Origin: a bacterium
GTDB lineage: Bacteria > Patescibacteriota > Dojkabacteria > JAKAPS01 > JAJZLI01
Assembly (NCBI GenBank): GCA_027459825.1
Contig: DAIDGT010000004.1
Coordinates: 1 to 62,128, forward strand
Length of the DNA stretch: 62,128 nt
Reading direction: 5' to 3'
The position numbers were made by a program, and so were the translations under genes. Shown here piece after piece: positions 13,172 through 22,417 of this stretch (position 1 is its first letter; every line of letters begins with the position of its first letter). Below the pieces are notes generated by a model that worked only from the letters and a program-made list of their open reading frames with translations, ran no database searches and was not told the origin of the DNA.

Positions 13172-14953
13172 ATGGAAGAGACACTAACATCAATAAAAAA
13201 GCACTTATTACAAAAAATTGCTAATACCCAAACTATAAAAAACTTAAATATTAATTTAAACGAAGTTGTTATTGTATCTCAATTACAAATGTTAGACTTT
13301 GGAGATTATTCAACGCCAATAGCAATGCGACTTAGTAAAAGGCTTAATAAAAGTCCTATAGAAATAGCGCAAAGTATAGCATCCGAAATACACCAAGATG
13401 AGATCATAGAAAAGATATCAGTAGTAAATCCTGGATTTATTAATATATGGATTACAAAACAGTCATTACTTGGAAATTTAGATAACATAACACGACTTAA
13501 AAGTGAGTACGGGAAATTAAAAAATGAAAAAAAAGAAACATACCTCATAGAACATACATCCCCTAATCCTAATAAGGCAATGCATCTTGGGCATCTTAGA
13601 AACAATGTTACGGGCATGGCTATTGCTAATATACTGGAATATGAAGGAATAAAAGTAATAAGAGATAGCGTTGATAACAATAGAGGTATTGCTATAGCAA
13701 AACTAATGTGGGGATACTTAAAATTTGCAAGAAAAAGTGAGGATATACCAATAGACATAAATTATTGGTACTCACATCAAGATGAATGGTATACACCTAA
13801 GGATCAAATGGTATCTCCTGATATATTTGTTGATAAACTTTATGTTAAAGGATCATCAGACTGCAAAGATAAAGAAGTCGACAATAAGGTAAGACAAATG
13901 GTTGTTGATTGGGAAAATGAAAATGAAATTAACATAGAATTATGGAAAAAAGTATTACAGTATACTTATGAAGGGCAAAATAGAACACTTACAAGGTTAG
14001 GGAATAAATGGGATCATGTCTGGCATGAAAGCGACCATTATAAAGAAGGAAAGAGAATTGTTGAAGAAGGACTGAAAAAAAGTATTTTTAAAAAATTAGA
14101 TGATGGAGCTATATTAACTAACCTTGAAAAATATGGATTAACAGACACAATATTAATAAAATCTGACGGAACATCTCTTTATATAACTCAAGATTTAGCA
14201 CTAACAAAACTTAAGGTTGAAAAATATAATCCAAACAAAATTTTTTGGACAATCGGTCCAGAACAGAGTCTTGCACTAAAACAGCTTTTTGCAATTTGTG
14301 ACGAACTTGGTATTGGTAGAAAAGAAATGTTTGAACATATTAGCTATGGACTAATGACGTTAAAGAATAAAGGTAAAATAAGTTCTAGAGAAGGAAATGT
14401 AATCTATATAGACCAACTTATCGATGAAGTAAAAAGTAAAATAATAGAATTACTAGACAATGATAAAATAGAAGTAGAAAAAACTGCAGAAGTTCTTGCA
14501 TTAGGTGCTATAAAGTACAGTATATTAAAGGTTGGTAGGAATACAAATATTGCATTTGACATCGAGGAGTCAATATCTCTTGATGGAGATTCTGGTGTTT
14601 ATCTCATATATACATATGTAAGATGTAAATCTATTTTGTCGAAATATAAAGAAAATTTACCTGATATTAATTTTTCAGATATAAAAATGACGGAAGAGGA
14701 ATTATCTATTTTGAGAATTTTATATCAATTCACAGATACAGTTACATCTGCCGCAGTAGTGCTCTCCCCAAACCTTATATGTAATTACTTATTTGATCTT
14801 GCACAAAAATTTAATGCATTTTATCAAAAAAATAATATTTTAAATTCAGAAAAAAATATTAAAGAATTTAGAATATTATTAACATCTTCAACATTACAAG
14901 TAATACAAAATGGGCTTTCACTACTTGGAATACAAACTGTAGATAAAATGTAG
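13172..14953 (+). CDS. argS: arginyl-tRNA synthetase
   Basis: 593 aa. HIGH-type motif SPNPNKAMHLGHLRN, an ArgRS N-terminal add-on domain and a C-terminal anticodon-binding (DALR-type) region ending in the typical terminal M. Confidence 0.92.
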   Translation: MEETLTSIKKHLLQKIANTQTIKNLNINLNEVVIVSQLQMLDFGDYSTPIAMRLSKRLNKSPIEIAQSIASEIHQDEIIEKISVVNPGFINIWITKQSLLGNLDNITRLKSEYGKLKNEKKETYLIEHTSPNPNKAMHLGHLRNNVTGMAIANILEYEGIKVIRDSVDNNRGIAIAKLMWGYLKFARKSEDIPIDINYWYSHQDEWYTPKDQMVSPDIFVDKLYVKGSSDCKDKEVDNKVRQMVVDWENENEINIELWKKVLQYTYEGQNRTLTRLGNKWDHVWHESDHYKEGKRIVEEGLKKSIFKKLDDGAILTNLEKYGLTDTILIKSDGTSLYITQDLALTKLKVEKYNPNKIFWTIGPEQSLALKQLFAICDELGIGRKEMFEHISYGLMTLKNKGKISSREGNVIYIDQLIDEVKSKIIELLDNDKIEVEKTAEVLALGAIKYSILKVGRNTNIAFDIEESISLDGDSGVYLIYTYVRCKSILSKYKENLPDINFSDIKMTEEELSILRILYQFTDTVTSAAVVLSPNLICNYLFDLAQKFNAFYQKNNILNSEKNIKEFRILLTSSTLQVIQNGLSLLGIQTVDKM

Positions 14954-14971
14954 TAGTAAAAATATATTTCT

Positions 14972-16168
14972 ATGAGATCAAATAAACCTATACAAAATAT
15001 TGTTATTGTAATTCCAACATATAATGAGAAAGAAAACATCATACGGATTCTCAATGCCATATCAAAACAGAGGTACTACCTACCACATATTAGTTTAAAA
15101 GTATTAGTTGTTGATGACAACTCACCTGATAAAACAGCAAGCATTGTACAAGAATATCAAAAGAGTAACAGAAATATATATTTAATTACTGGAGAGAAAA
15201 ATGGGCTAGGTAGTGCTTACATTAGAGGATTTAAATATGCACTTTATAAACTAAATGCCGATATAATATTTGAAATGGATGCAGATTTATCACATAATCC
15301 AGCATTAATTCCACAATTTATAGAAAAGATTGCAACAACCAATGCTGATTTCATAATAGGATCAAGATATATCGAGGGTGGGAGCATACCTTCAAATTGG
15401 TCATTATTTAGAAAATTAAATAGTAAAATTGGCAATACTCTAGCAAAAAGTATTTCTAGATTAAAAAATATAGAAGATTGTACAAGTGGATACAGAGCAA
15501 TACACAGGGAATTACTAGAGAAAATAGATTTAAATGAATTAGGCTCTAAAGGGTATGCATTTCAAATAAACCTTCTCTATCAAGCCCTAAAGCATAATGC
15601 AAACATATTGGAACTACCTATTCATTTTAAAGATAGAACCTTTGGACAATCTAAGTTGGGAATACAAGACATACTTGAGTTTATCAAGATAGTTATAATA
15701 TTAAAGCTAGATGAAATTGGTGAAAAAATACTAATAATCTTATCTATATGTACTATAATAGCAATTATCATACTCATAGGACTATTTGTACTTCAACATA
15801 AGGGAATTCCTAATGTAAATAAGGTAGTAACATTAATATTATCGATAATAGCAATTATTTTATCTACTCAAAGTATATTTAACCTCTACACAATGTTATT
15901 TGCATGGGAAAACCCAGATAATCTAGAAAAAACACAACCCCCAATGAAGCTTATAGAACCAAAGTTATCATTTACAGCTATACTGCCAGCAAGACATGAA
16001 AAGGAAGTTATAAGAGATACAATAATTGCAATATCTAACATAGACTACCCTGAAAATCTTAAAGAAATACTCATTGTAGTAAGAATGGATGATATAGAAA
16101 CAATTAAGGAGGTACAAAAGACAATATCCGAATTATCAAAAAGACAATATCCGAATTATTGTTTTTAA
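14972..16168 (+). CDS. polyprenol-phosphate glycosyltransferase (Dpm1/Ppm1/GtrB-like GT2) fused through 2 TM helices to the N-terminal part of a second GT2 domain; frame broken near its end
   Basis: IVIPTYNEKENI, VVDDNSPDKT and FEMDADLSH are Dpm1-like motifs. They are followed by TM helices and then the start of a second GT2 (FTAILPARHEKEVI...DYPENLKEILIVV). The ORF terminates just after the 22/23-nt tandem repeat at 16115-16159. Confidence 0.8.
   Translation: MRSNKPIQNIVIVIPTYNEKENIIRILNAISKQRYYLPHISLKVLVVDDNSPDKTASIVQEYQKSNRNIYLITGEKNGLGSAYIRGFKYALYKLNADIIFEMDADLSHNPALIPQFIEKIATTNADFIIGSRYIEGGSIPSNWSLFRKLNSKIGNTLAKSISRLKNIEDCTSGYRAIHRELLEKIDLNELGSKGYAFQINLLYQALKHNANILELPIHFKDRTFGQSKLGIQDILEFIKIVIILKLDEIGEKILIILSICTIIAIIILIGLFVLQHKGIPNVNKVVTLILSIIAIILSTQSIFNLYTMLFAWENPDNLEKTQPPMKLIEPKLSFTAILPARHEKEVIRDTIIAISNIDYPENLKEILIVVRMDDIETIKEVQKTISELSKRQYPNYCF
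16115..16159 (+). repeat. tandem direct duplication: caaaagacaatatccgaattat (22 nt) followed by caaaaagacaatatccgaattat (23 nt)
   Basis: Read directly from the sequence: copy 1 is 16115-16136 and copy 2 is 16137-16159, differing only by one extra A. Removing copy 1 fuses 14972..16168 and 16230..17093 into one 699-codon frame. Confidence 0.85.
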
Positions 16169-16229
16169 TGATTTTCCAATTAATAAACCACATGGACTTA
16201 ACATTGCATTAAAGAAAGCATCTAAGGAT

Positions 16230-17093
16230 GTGATAACAATATTTGATGCAGAAGATGAACCACATAAAGATATATATAAAATTATTAACACCGTGATAGT
16301 ACAACAACATGTAGAAGTTGTGCAGTCAGGTGTCCAGTTAATGAATTTTAGATCAAAATGGTTTTCTACGCTAAATTGTTTAGAATATTTTTTCTGGTTT
16401 AAATCAAATTTACATTTCTTTTCCTCAAAGAAAGTTATTCCACTTGGAGGAAATACAGTTTTTTTAAAAAGAGAATTATTACAAAAAATAAAGGGGTGGG
16501 ATGAAAATTGCTTAACAGAAGACGCCGATATCGGAATTAGGCTATGCTTAACCCATGCAAAAATTAAAGTAATATATGGAGAAAAATATGCAACAAAGGA
16601 AGAAACTCCTCCTAATCTAAAAAGTTTTATAAAACAAAGAACAAGGTGGGATCAAGGATTTTTACAAATATTATTAAAAGGTGATTGGAAAAAATTACAT
16701 ACTATATCTAAAAAATTAATGGTTTTATACATTTTTCTTGCTCCAGAATTTCAAGGCATAATATTACTATATACACCATTATCACTATTTATTATATTTA
16801 CTATAAAAATACCTGTACTCATAGCAATGTTAACAGAAATTCCTCTCTACCTATTAATCATACAACTTTTAATTTTAGTAATAGGACTACATGAATTTAC
16901 AAAAAATTATAATCTACAATTCAAGTTTAAGGATATACTAAGAACACTAATAACATTTTTTCCATATCAGGTGATACTGGGATATAGTGCTCTAAGAGCC
17001 TGTGTTAGATTCATTTTAAATAGTAACCAGTGGGAAAAAACAAATCATGTAAATGCTCATAGAACTATTAATAAATTATGGAAAAGTCAATAG
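16230..17093 (+). CDS. C-terminal remainder of the second (processive-type, membrane-embedded) GT2 glycosyltransferase
   Basis: DxD DAEDEP, TEDADIG and QRTRWDQG (QxxRW) motifs, followed by TM helices. The frame is already open from 16098 and encodes NDFPINKPHGLNIALKKA upstream of the first Met, so this is a fragment of a split gene. Confidence 0.75.
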   Translation: MITIFDAEDEPHKDIYKIINTVIVQQHVEVVQSGVQLMNFRSKWFSTLNCLEYFFWFKSNLHFFSSKKVIPLGGNTVFLKRELLQKIKGWDENCLTEDADIGIRLCLTHAKIKVIYGEKYATKEETPPNLKSFIKQRTRWDQGFLQILLKGDWKKLHTISKKLMVLYIFLAPEFQGIILLYTPLSLFIIFTIKIPVLIAMLTEIPLYLLIIQLLILVIGLHEFTKNYNLQFKFKDILRTLITFFPYQVILGYSALRACVRFILNSNQWEKTNHVNAHRTINKLWKSQ

Positions 17094-18640
17094 GATTGAA
17101 AAAATTTTTACCCATAGGCTTTATATTAATACTACTTGTCATTACCGGACTCTTACATGGAATAAATATGTTTAACTATCCAGGATATGGATATGATGAA
17201 GGAACATATATGGCCCAGGCTTGGTCTGTGACAACAGAAGCAAGATTAGAACCTTATACATATTGGTATGATCATCCTCCGTTAGCTTGGGTTCAAATTG
17301 CAATATGGACAGAACTAACAGGAGGATTTGAACATTTCGGAATGGCCATCAATTCAGGCAGGGTATTGATGCTAATATTTTCAGTATTAACAACTGTACT
17401 AATATTCCTGATAATCAGAAAATTAAAAGTAGTGGATAGTATAGCTTTTTTAGGAGCTTTAATTTATGCCATATCACCAATGGTCATCTATTATAGTCGC
17501 ATGGTATTTATAGACAACATAATGATATTTTGGGTACTTCTATCAATTACAATCATATTATATTACAAATCCATTAAAGCTATTTTCTTAAGTGCACTAT
17601 GTTTTGGAATAGGATTTTTATCAAAGGAAGTTGGGCTTATATTCATAATCCCAATAATACTACTCATATATTTTGAAACACACACTAAACAACGTAAATT
17701 TACTATACTGCTATGGATATTTGTATCCTGTCTAGTTATTTCTTCATGGGTACTATATGCACTACTCAAAGGTGAACTATTTCCAATGGGGACCTTATTA
17801 GGCGGACATAATAGACACGTGAGTCTTATATCAACAATTATCTATCAGATGTCTCGGAAAGGTAATGGAACAATATTCAATGCAGGTAGCAATATCAGAA
17901 CAAATCTGGTGTTATGGTCTTCCAAATATTTTGGAGATCCTATTTTAATTGTTGGAGGAATAGCATCATCAGTACTAAACTTATTATTTTATATTATAAA
18001 AAGGAATTATTATTACCTTATATTCCCAATATTTACTATTATGTTCTTTTTATTTTTTGGGAGAGGAGGACAAGTATATGATTATTACATAATACCATTA
18101 CTACCGTTTTTAATAATAAATATAGTACTACTATTTTCAGAAACATTGAGAGTAATTACTCAAATATTAAAAACACAAATAACTAAAAATATAGTAAAAA
18201 TCACAGTAATACTGTTATCAATATTAGTCTTTGTAAAAGTATACAAAACATATATGTTTCCAAGGGTATATACACTCCTGACAGGTAATCAAACAATAAC
18301 TCAAATCAAAACAGTCCAATGGATTAGTAAAAATATACCAAAACAAGATGTTATAGTAACTGATACCGATATTTTTGTCGACCTCAAATATCAGGGATTT
18401 TACTCCCCAAACCCAATATGGGTTTTTAAAGCAGACCTAGATCCTGCAATAAGATATGGAATACTGCATAATAATTGGAAGAATATAGATTATATGGTAA
18501 CAGATCCTACTACAATAATTTCTGCTGGATTGAAAAAAAATAATTTAAATTTATTAAACATGGCATTAATGCATTCTAAATTAATCAAAGTATTTTCAAG
18601 CGATGGTCATTCAGAGAAAATATATAAAGTTATTAAATAG
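17078..18640 (+). CDS. GT-C fold, lipid-carrier-dependent glycosyltransferase (PMT/ArnT-like, GT39/GT83-type)
   Basis: 520 aa with at least 10 TM helices. The first extracytoplasmic loop carries YGYDEGTYMAQAW (DE motif). It overlaps the upstream GT2 gene by 16 nt. Confidence 0.7.
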   Translation: MEKSIGLKKFLPIGFILILLVITGLLHGINMFNYPGYGYDEGTYMAQAWSVTTEARLEPYTYWYDHPPLAWVQIAIWTELTGGFEHFGMAINSGRVLMLIFSVLTTVLIFLIIRKLKVVDSIAFLGALIYAISPMVIYYSRMVFIDNIMIFWVLLSITIILYYKSIKAIFLSALCFGIGFLSKEVGLIFIIPIILLIYFETHTKQRKFTILLWIFVSCLVISSWVLYALLKGELFPMGTLLGGHNRHVSLISTIIYQMSRKGNGTIFNAGSNIRTNLVLWSSKYFGDPILIVGGIASSVLNLLFYIIKRNYYYLIFPIFTIMFFLFFGRGGQVYDYYIIPLLPFLIINIVLLFSETLRVITQILKTQITKNIVKITVILLSILVFVKVYKTYMFPRVYTLLTGNQTITQIKTVQWISKNIPKQDVIVTDTDIFVDLKYQGFYSPNPIWVFKADLDPAIRYGILHNNWKNIDYMVTDPTTIISAGLKKNNLNLLNMALMHSKLIKVFSSDGHSEKIYKVIK

Positions 18641-18688
18641 ACATGATTCATTATATATTTTCTTATATTATTATGTTAGAATAAATTT

Positions 18689-18856
18689 ATGAGCTTACCA
18701 AAAGAATGGATAACAGTAACACCTTTTTCAAGAATACTTGCATTAGTCTTATTTATCCTTTTACCTCTATTAACATTTATTGTTGGGATAAGAGTAGGAG
18801 TAATGTATGAGGCACAATTGGCAAAAGCATTTCAAAGTATCACGCAATTTAAATAA
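18689..18856 (+). CDS. 55-aa single-TM micro-protein
   Basis: MSLPKEWITVTPFSRILALVLFILLPLLTFIVGIRVGVMYEAQLAKAFQSITQFK. Read by eye in the gap after 18640; it is below the ORF-track cutoff. Confidence 0.35.
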   Translation: MSLPKEWITVTPFSRILALVLFILLPLLTFIVGIRVGVMYEAQLAKAFQSITQFK

Positions 18857-18869
18857 TTTCCTTAAAAGT

Positions 18870-20168
18870 TTAATATGGAGTGAATAGTACAGCTTGTGTT
18901 ACATAAGCTGGATTATAATAGTTATTAAATACTAAATCTGCTCCCCTTGCTGGGTCATTCATAATATACTCACCATTTGAGGTTATACCAACAAGTAGTA
19001 CATAGTGGTAATCATATCCTATTCCAACAACAACTGGGTGTCCACTTTCAAGTTCAGAATTAACAGCACTCCAGTTAACATATCCATTCCACATATTTCC
19101 AAGAGGAACTACATTAAATACACCAAGACCATTCCAATTAAACAATGGACCTTCAAAGTTGTATGGATTAGAAGCTATGCTTGCAGGAGACATATTTATA
19201 TTATAATACTTTGCTGTCATGGCAATATCTGTTACAAGACACCCATCTGCACCAACAGTATCATAACTATAACCTATTAAGTTATATTTCCACCTTGAAT
19301 CAAGCTGACTAAAATAGAATGAGTAAGGAGATGTATTATTAACTGTAAAAGATAATCCAGAATATGGGGAGTAGGAAGGATTAGTAACAGACGCAAAAGA
19401 AGAATATACCTGAACCTTAGGCTGAGGAATAACCCCATTTGGGATGAGTATAGTTTCTCCTGCCTGTATAGTACCACTACCATTTAAAAGATTCCAATCT
19501 TCAATTTCAGAAACACTGGATTTATACTCTGTTGCAACAGATGCAAGAGTATCCCCTGATTGAAACTTATATGTAATACCTGACACAGGAACAATCTCAA
19601 GAGATTCACCTACGGTGACATTATCTGAAGTTAGGTTATTAGCCCACTTTATAACATCAACAGTGGTATTATATTTTTTTGCAATGGAAGCTAATGTATC
19701 TCCATTTTGTACAGTAACCCAATTAATAAGACCTGATTTACCAGATTTTATAGATGAACTTGTTAGATTTGGAACAGAAGTAGTATCTGATAAGAAAGAA
19801 TTTGTTACACTAGCATTTTGAGCAGCCTGCACTGTTCCTACAGTAGATTTTGTATCAGTAGCATGGCTTGAATCTAAAAACCAAAGTAAAACAAAAGTAA
19901 AAACAAATAATGATATTACAAACCCTGAAATAAAGGGTCTATAAAACTGACCTCTTCCCCAATAAAATTTCTGTATAATTCCTGCTTTGACAAAGGAAAA
20001 ATTAATAGAAAACTTCTTAAGCTTTTTTTGGTACTTCTTAATAAAGAATGACCTATCAGCTAAGTATTGGGAAATTGATTCAAAAAATTCAGGAAATGTT
20101 TTTAAAATTTTGGTGAAAATCCGAACTGATCCTTCATTAAGATCATATTCATCAGATTTTTCATTCAT
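18870..20168 (-). CDS. cell-wall hydrolase-like protein: TM anchor, 2 LysM repeats, C-terminal papain-like (C39-like) peptidase domain
   Basis: LysM repeats VQNGDTLASIAKKYNTTVDVIKWAN and FQSGDTLASVATEYKSSVSEIEDWN. C-terminal QLDSRW...GADGCLVTDIAM (Cys) and HYVLLVG (His). Confidence 0.7.
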   Translation of the reverse strand: MNEKSDEYDLNEGSVRIFTKILKTFPEFFESISQYLADRSFFIKKYQKKLKKFSINFSFVKAGIIQKFYWGRGQFYRPFISGFVISLFVFTFVLLWFLDSSHATDTKSTVGTVQAAQNASVTNSFLSDTTSVPNLTSSSIKSGKSGLINWVTVQNGDTLASIAKKYNTTVDVIKWANNLTSDNVTVGESLEIVPVSGITYKFQSGDTLASVATEYKSSVSEIEDWNLLNGSGTIQAGETILIPNGVIPQPKVQVYSSFASVTNPSYSPYSGLSFTVNNTSPYSFYFSQLDSRWKYNLIGYSYDTVGADGCLVTDIAMTAKYYNINMSPASIASNPYNFEGPLFNWNGLGVFNVVPLGNMWNGYVNWSAVNSELESGHPVVVGIGYDYHYVLLVGITSNGEYIMNDPARGADLVFNNYYNPAYVTQAVLFTPY

Positions 20169-20347
20169 TCAAAATTTAAAATAATATTAAGGCAGTGGTT
20201 GTTTATATATGATATAAAACAACAAATACATATTATACTATAATGATAAGATTTTGTAAAGTATCCTATAGACAAATACAATAAAAATATCCCATAAAAT
20301 AGGCATTTTTAATAATAACGGCATAAATACTATAGGACTTCAAATTT

Positions 20348-21802
20348 TCAGGTTTTTTTAGATTCTGTAAAAGTAATTGTAAACTTAGAACCCTTCCCAA
20401 CTGTACTGTCAACAGAAATATTCCCTCCAAAACTTTCTATAATAGATTTAGATATAGCAAGCCCAAGTCCAGCTCCTTTAAATTTATTGGAATTCTTTGA
20501 CCTATAAAATCTATTAAAAATTTTATATAGATCATCCTTTTTAATACCAATACCCGTATCTTCAACAATTATATAAATCTTACTGGATTTTTTGTATAAA
20601 TATAGGTTAATAGATCCTGTTTTTGTATATTTTACTGCATTAATTGCAACATTTGATATAGCCTTGCGTATGCTATCCCTATTACCAAATACATAAAAAT
20701 TTTTACCCCGTGGAGAAAATTTAAAAGATATATTTTTTGCGTTTGACAAAACATTCACATCTCCAGCAATATCAAATATTACAGGATACAAATCAAATTG
20801 AACGTTTTCAATACCCTTATTTAAATACTTAGTTCGTGCTAAAGAAAGAACATCATTTAAAACTTTTTCAATACGTTTAGTCTCTATAACAATAGATTTT
20901 ATCGCCTTTACATAATCTCTTTTCTCATCTCCCTTTGATAGTGCCATTTCACCCTCACCATTAATAATAGCAAGAGGAGTTTTGATCTCATGAGCTACAT
21001 CGTTAATAAAAGCACTCTCTCTCTGAAATGTATCTTCAAGCCTATCAAAAAGTTTATTAAATTCCTCTGCTAAAGCAACAATCTCTTGATCAAAACCTGT
21101 TGACATCAACCTTTGATTAAGTTTAAATCCTGTGATAGATATAATTTGTGAAGTTATCTCATCAATAGACTCTATTACTTTCTCAACAAAATAGTAATTT
21201 ACAATAAATATTAAAAATACGAATATAATAGAACCAAAAATTAAATAAACAGATAAAACAGATAGAGAATTATCAATAATATTGGTAGAATTTCCAATAA
21301 CAACAAATCCATCGAGAACTTTGTTTTCGTATATAGGAATAGACAACATCAGAAGGTTATCTTTGTTTATATGCTCTTTAAAAAAATATGCGCTATGGTA
21401 TTTTTGCGCAACATTAGATAACTTATCTAGAAAATTAGAGGTGACTGAAATCTTACCTGACTCTTCAATTATTTGTCCACTAGAATTTAATATTAAAATT
21501 AAATATCCAGGAAGGTTTACCTGATTAAAATATATAACTTTGCTATTAGAAGGAATAGTAGTATTTTCCATTATAGAAACAATACTTTTCGCATTCGAAG
21601 TAAGATCGGATTCAAATCTAGAATATATTGTATAATTTACAGTCTCATATAGCACAAAGGCTATAATAATAATTAAAAAACAAGAAACTATAACATTAAT
21701 AACCAAAAATTTAAATTTTAAAGAATTTAATAGGGGACTATGCTTTAATTTTGTAACCCACGCCTCTAACCGTTCTAATAAATTTATGTTTATGCCCCTC
21801 AT
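20348..21802 (-). CDS. sensor histidine kinase (2 TM, HAMP, HisKA, HATPase_c)
   Basis: H-box INDVAHEIKTPLAII, N-box NAVKYT, G-boxes EDTGIGI and GAGLGLAISKSI. The annotated start overlaps the response-regulator gene by 65 nt, so the true start may lie further downstream. Confidence 0.88.
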   Translation of the reverse strand: MRGININLLERLEAWVTKLKHSPLLNSLKFKFLVINVIVSCFLIIIIAFVLYETVNYTIYSRFESDLTSNAKSIVSIMENTTIPSNSKVIYFNQVNLPGYLILILNSSGQIIEESGKISVTSNFLDKLSNVAQKYHSAYFFKEHINKDNLLMLSIPIYENKVLDGFVVIGNSTNIIDNSLSVLSVYLIFGSIIFVFLIFIVNYYFVEKVIESIDEITSQIISITGFKLNQRLMSTGFDQEIVALAEEFNKLFDRLEDTFQRESAFINDVAHEIKTPLAIINGEGEMALSKGDEKRDYVKAIKSIVIETKRIEKVLNDVLSLARTKYLNKGIENVQFDLYPVIFDIAGDVNVLSNAKNISFKFSPRGKNFYVFGNRDSIRKAISNVAINAVKYTKTGSINLYLYKKSSKIYIIVEDTGIGIKKDDLYKIFNRFYRSKNSNKFKGAGLGLAISKSIIESFGGNISVDSTVGKGSKFTITFTESKKT

Positions 21803-22415
21803 CTATTTTTTTCCTTAATAGTCTTATATATACATCTACTACATTAGAAAACCCATCCAATTCATAATCCCATGCATGATCCTCAATCATCGACCTTGTA
21901 AGCACCATACCTTCATTCCTCATCATATACTCTAATATAGAAAATTCTTTTTGGGACAGCTCAATTACTTTATCACCTCTTGATACTTCGTGAGAGTGAA
22001 TATTCAACACAATATCACCAACTCTAATTATACCATTATCAACCCTTGAAGCACCTCTTCTTAAAAGTGCATGAACTCTTGCAACTAATTCCTCTATGGC
22101 AAAAGGTTTTGTTAGATAATCATCTCCACCAATTTCAAGTCCTTTAATCTTATCTTCTATAGCATTTTTAGCAGTCAATATTAGTATAGGAACTTGAATA
22201 TTATTACTTCTTAACCTTTTACAAACATCAAAACCACTAGCATCAGGTAACATAAGATCAAGAATTATAAGGTTATATTTTTTATCGTCATTAATTACAT
22301 CCAGCGCGTCTTCACCTGTTCCTACAATCTCAACATTATATCCGACATCTTCCAAACCCTTTTTAACAAAAATAGCTATTTTTGTCTCATCCTCTACTAT
22401 TAATATTTTTACCAT
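21738..22415 (-). CDS. OmpR-family response regulator
   Basis: Receiver domain KILIVEDE...LIILDLMLPD...TAK, and a winged-helix output domain ending IRTVRGVGYKI. Confidence 0.92.
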   Translation of the reverse strand: MVKILIVEDETKIAIFVKKGLEDVGYNVEIVGTGEDALDVINDDKKYNLIILDLMLPDASGFDVCKRLRSNNIQVPILILTAKNAIEDKIKGLEIGGDDYLTKPFAIEELVARVHALLRRGASRVDNGIIRVGDIVLNIHSHEVSRGDKVIELSQKEFSILEYMMRNEGMVLTRSMIEDHAWDYELDGFSNVVDVYIRLLRKKIDEGHKHKFIRTVRGVGYKIKA

Positions 22416-22417
22416 AA

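Noticed and set aside
16137-16159. Restoring the GT2 frame by deleting the second (23-nt) repeat copy
   Set aside because: I translated it by hand. It gives ..ELLFLMIFQLINHMDLTLH*, which is the wrong frame and stops early. Only removal of the 22-nt first copy, or of one A in the 5-A run, reconnects the DAEDEP/QRTRW part.
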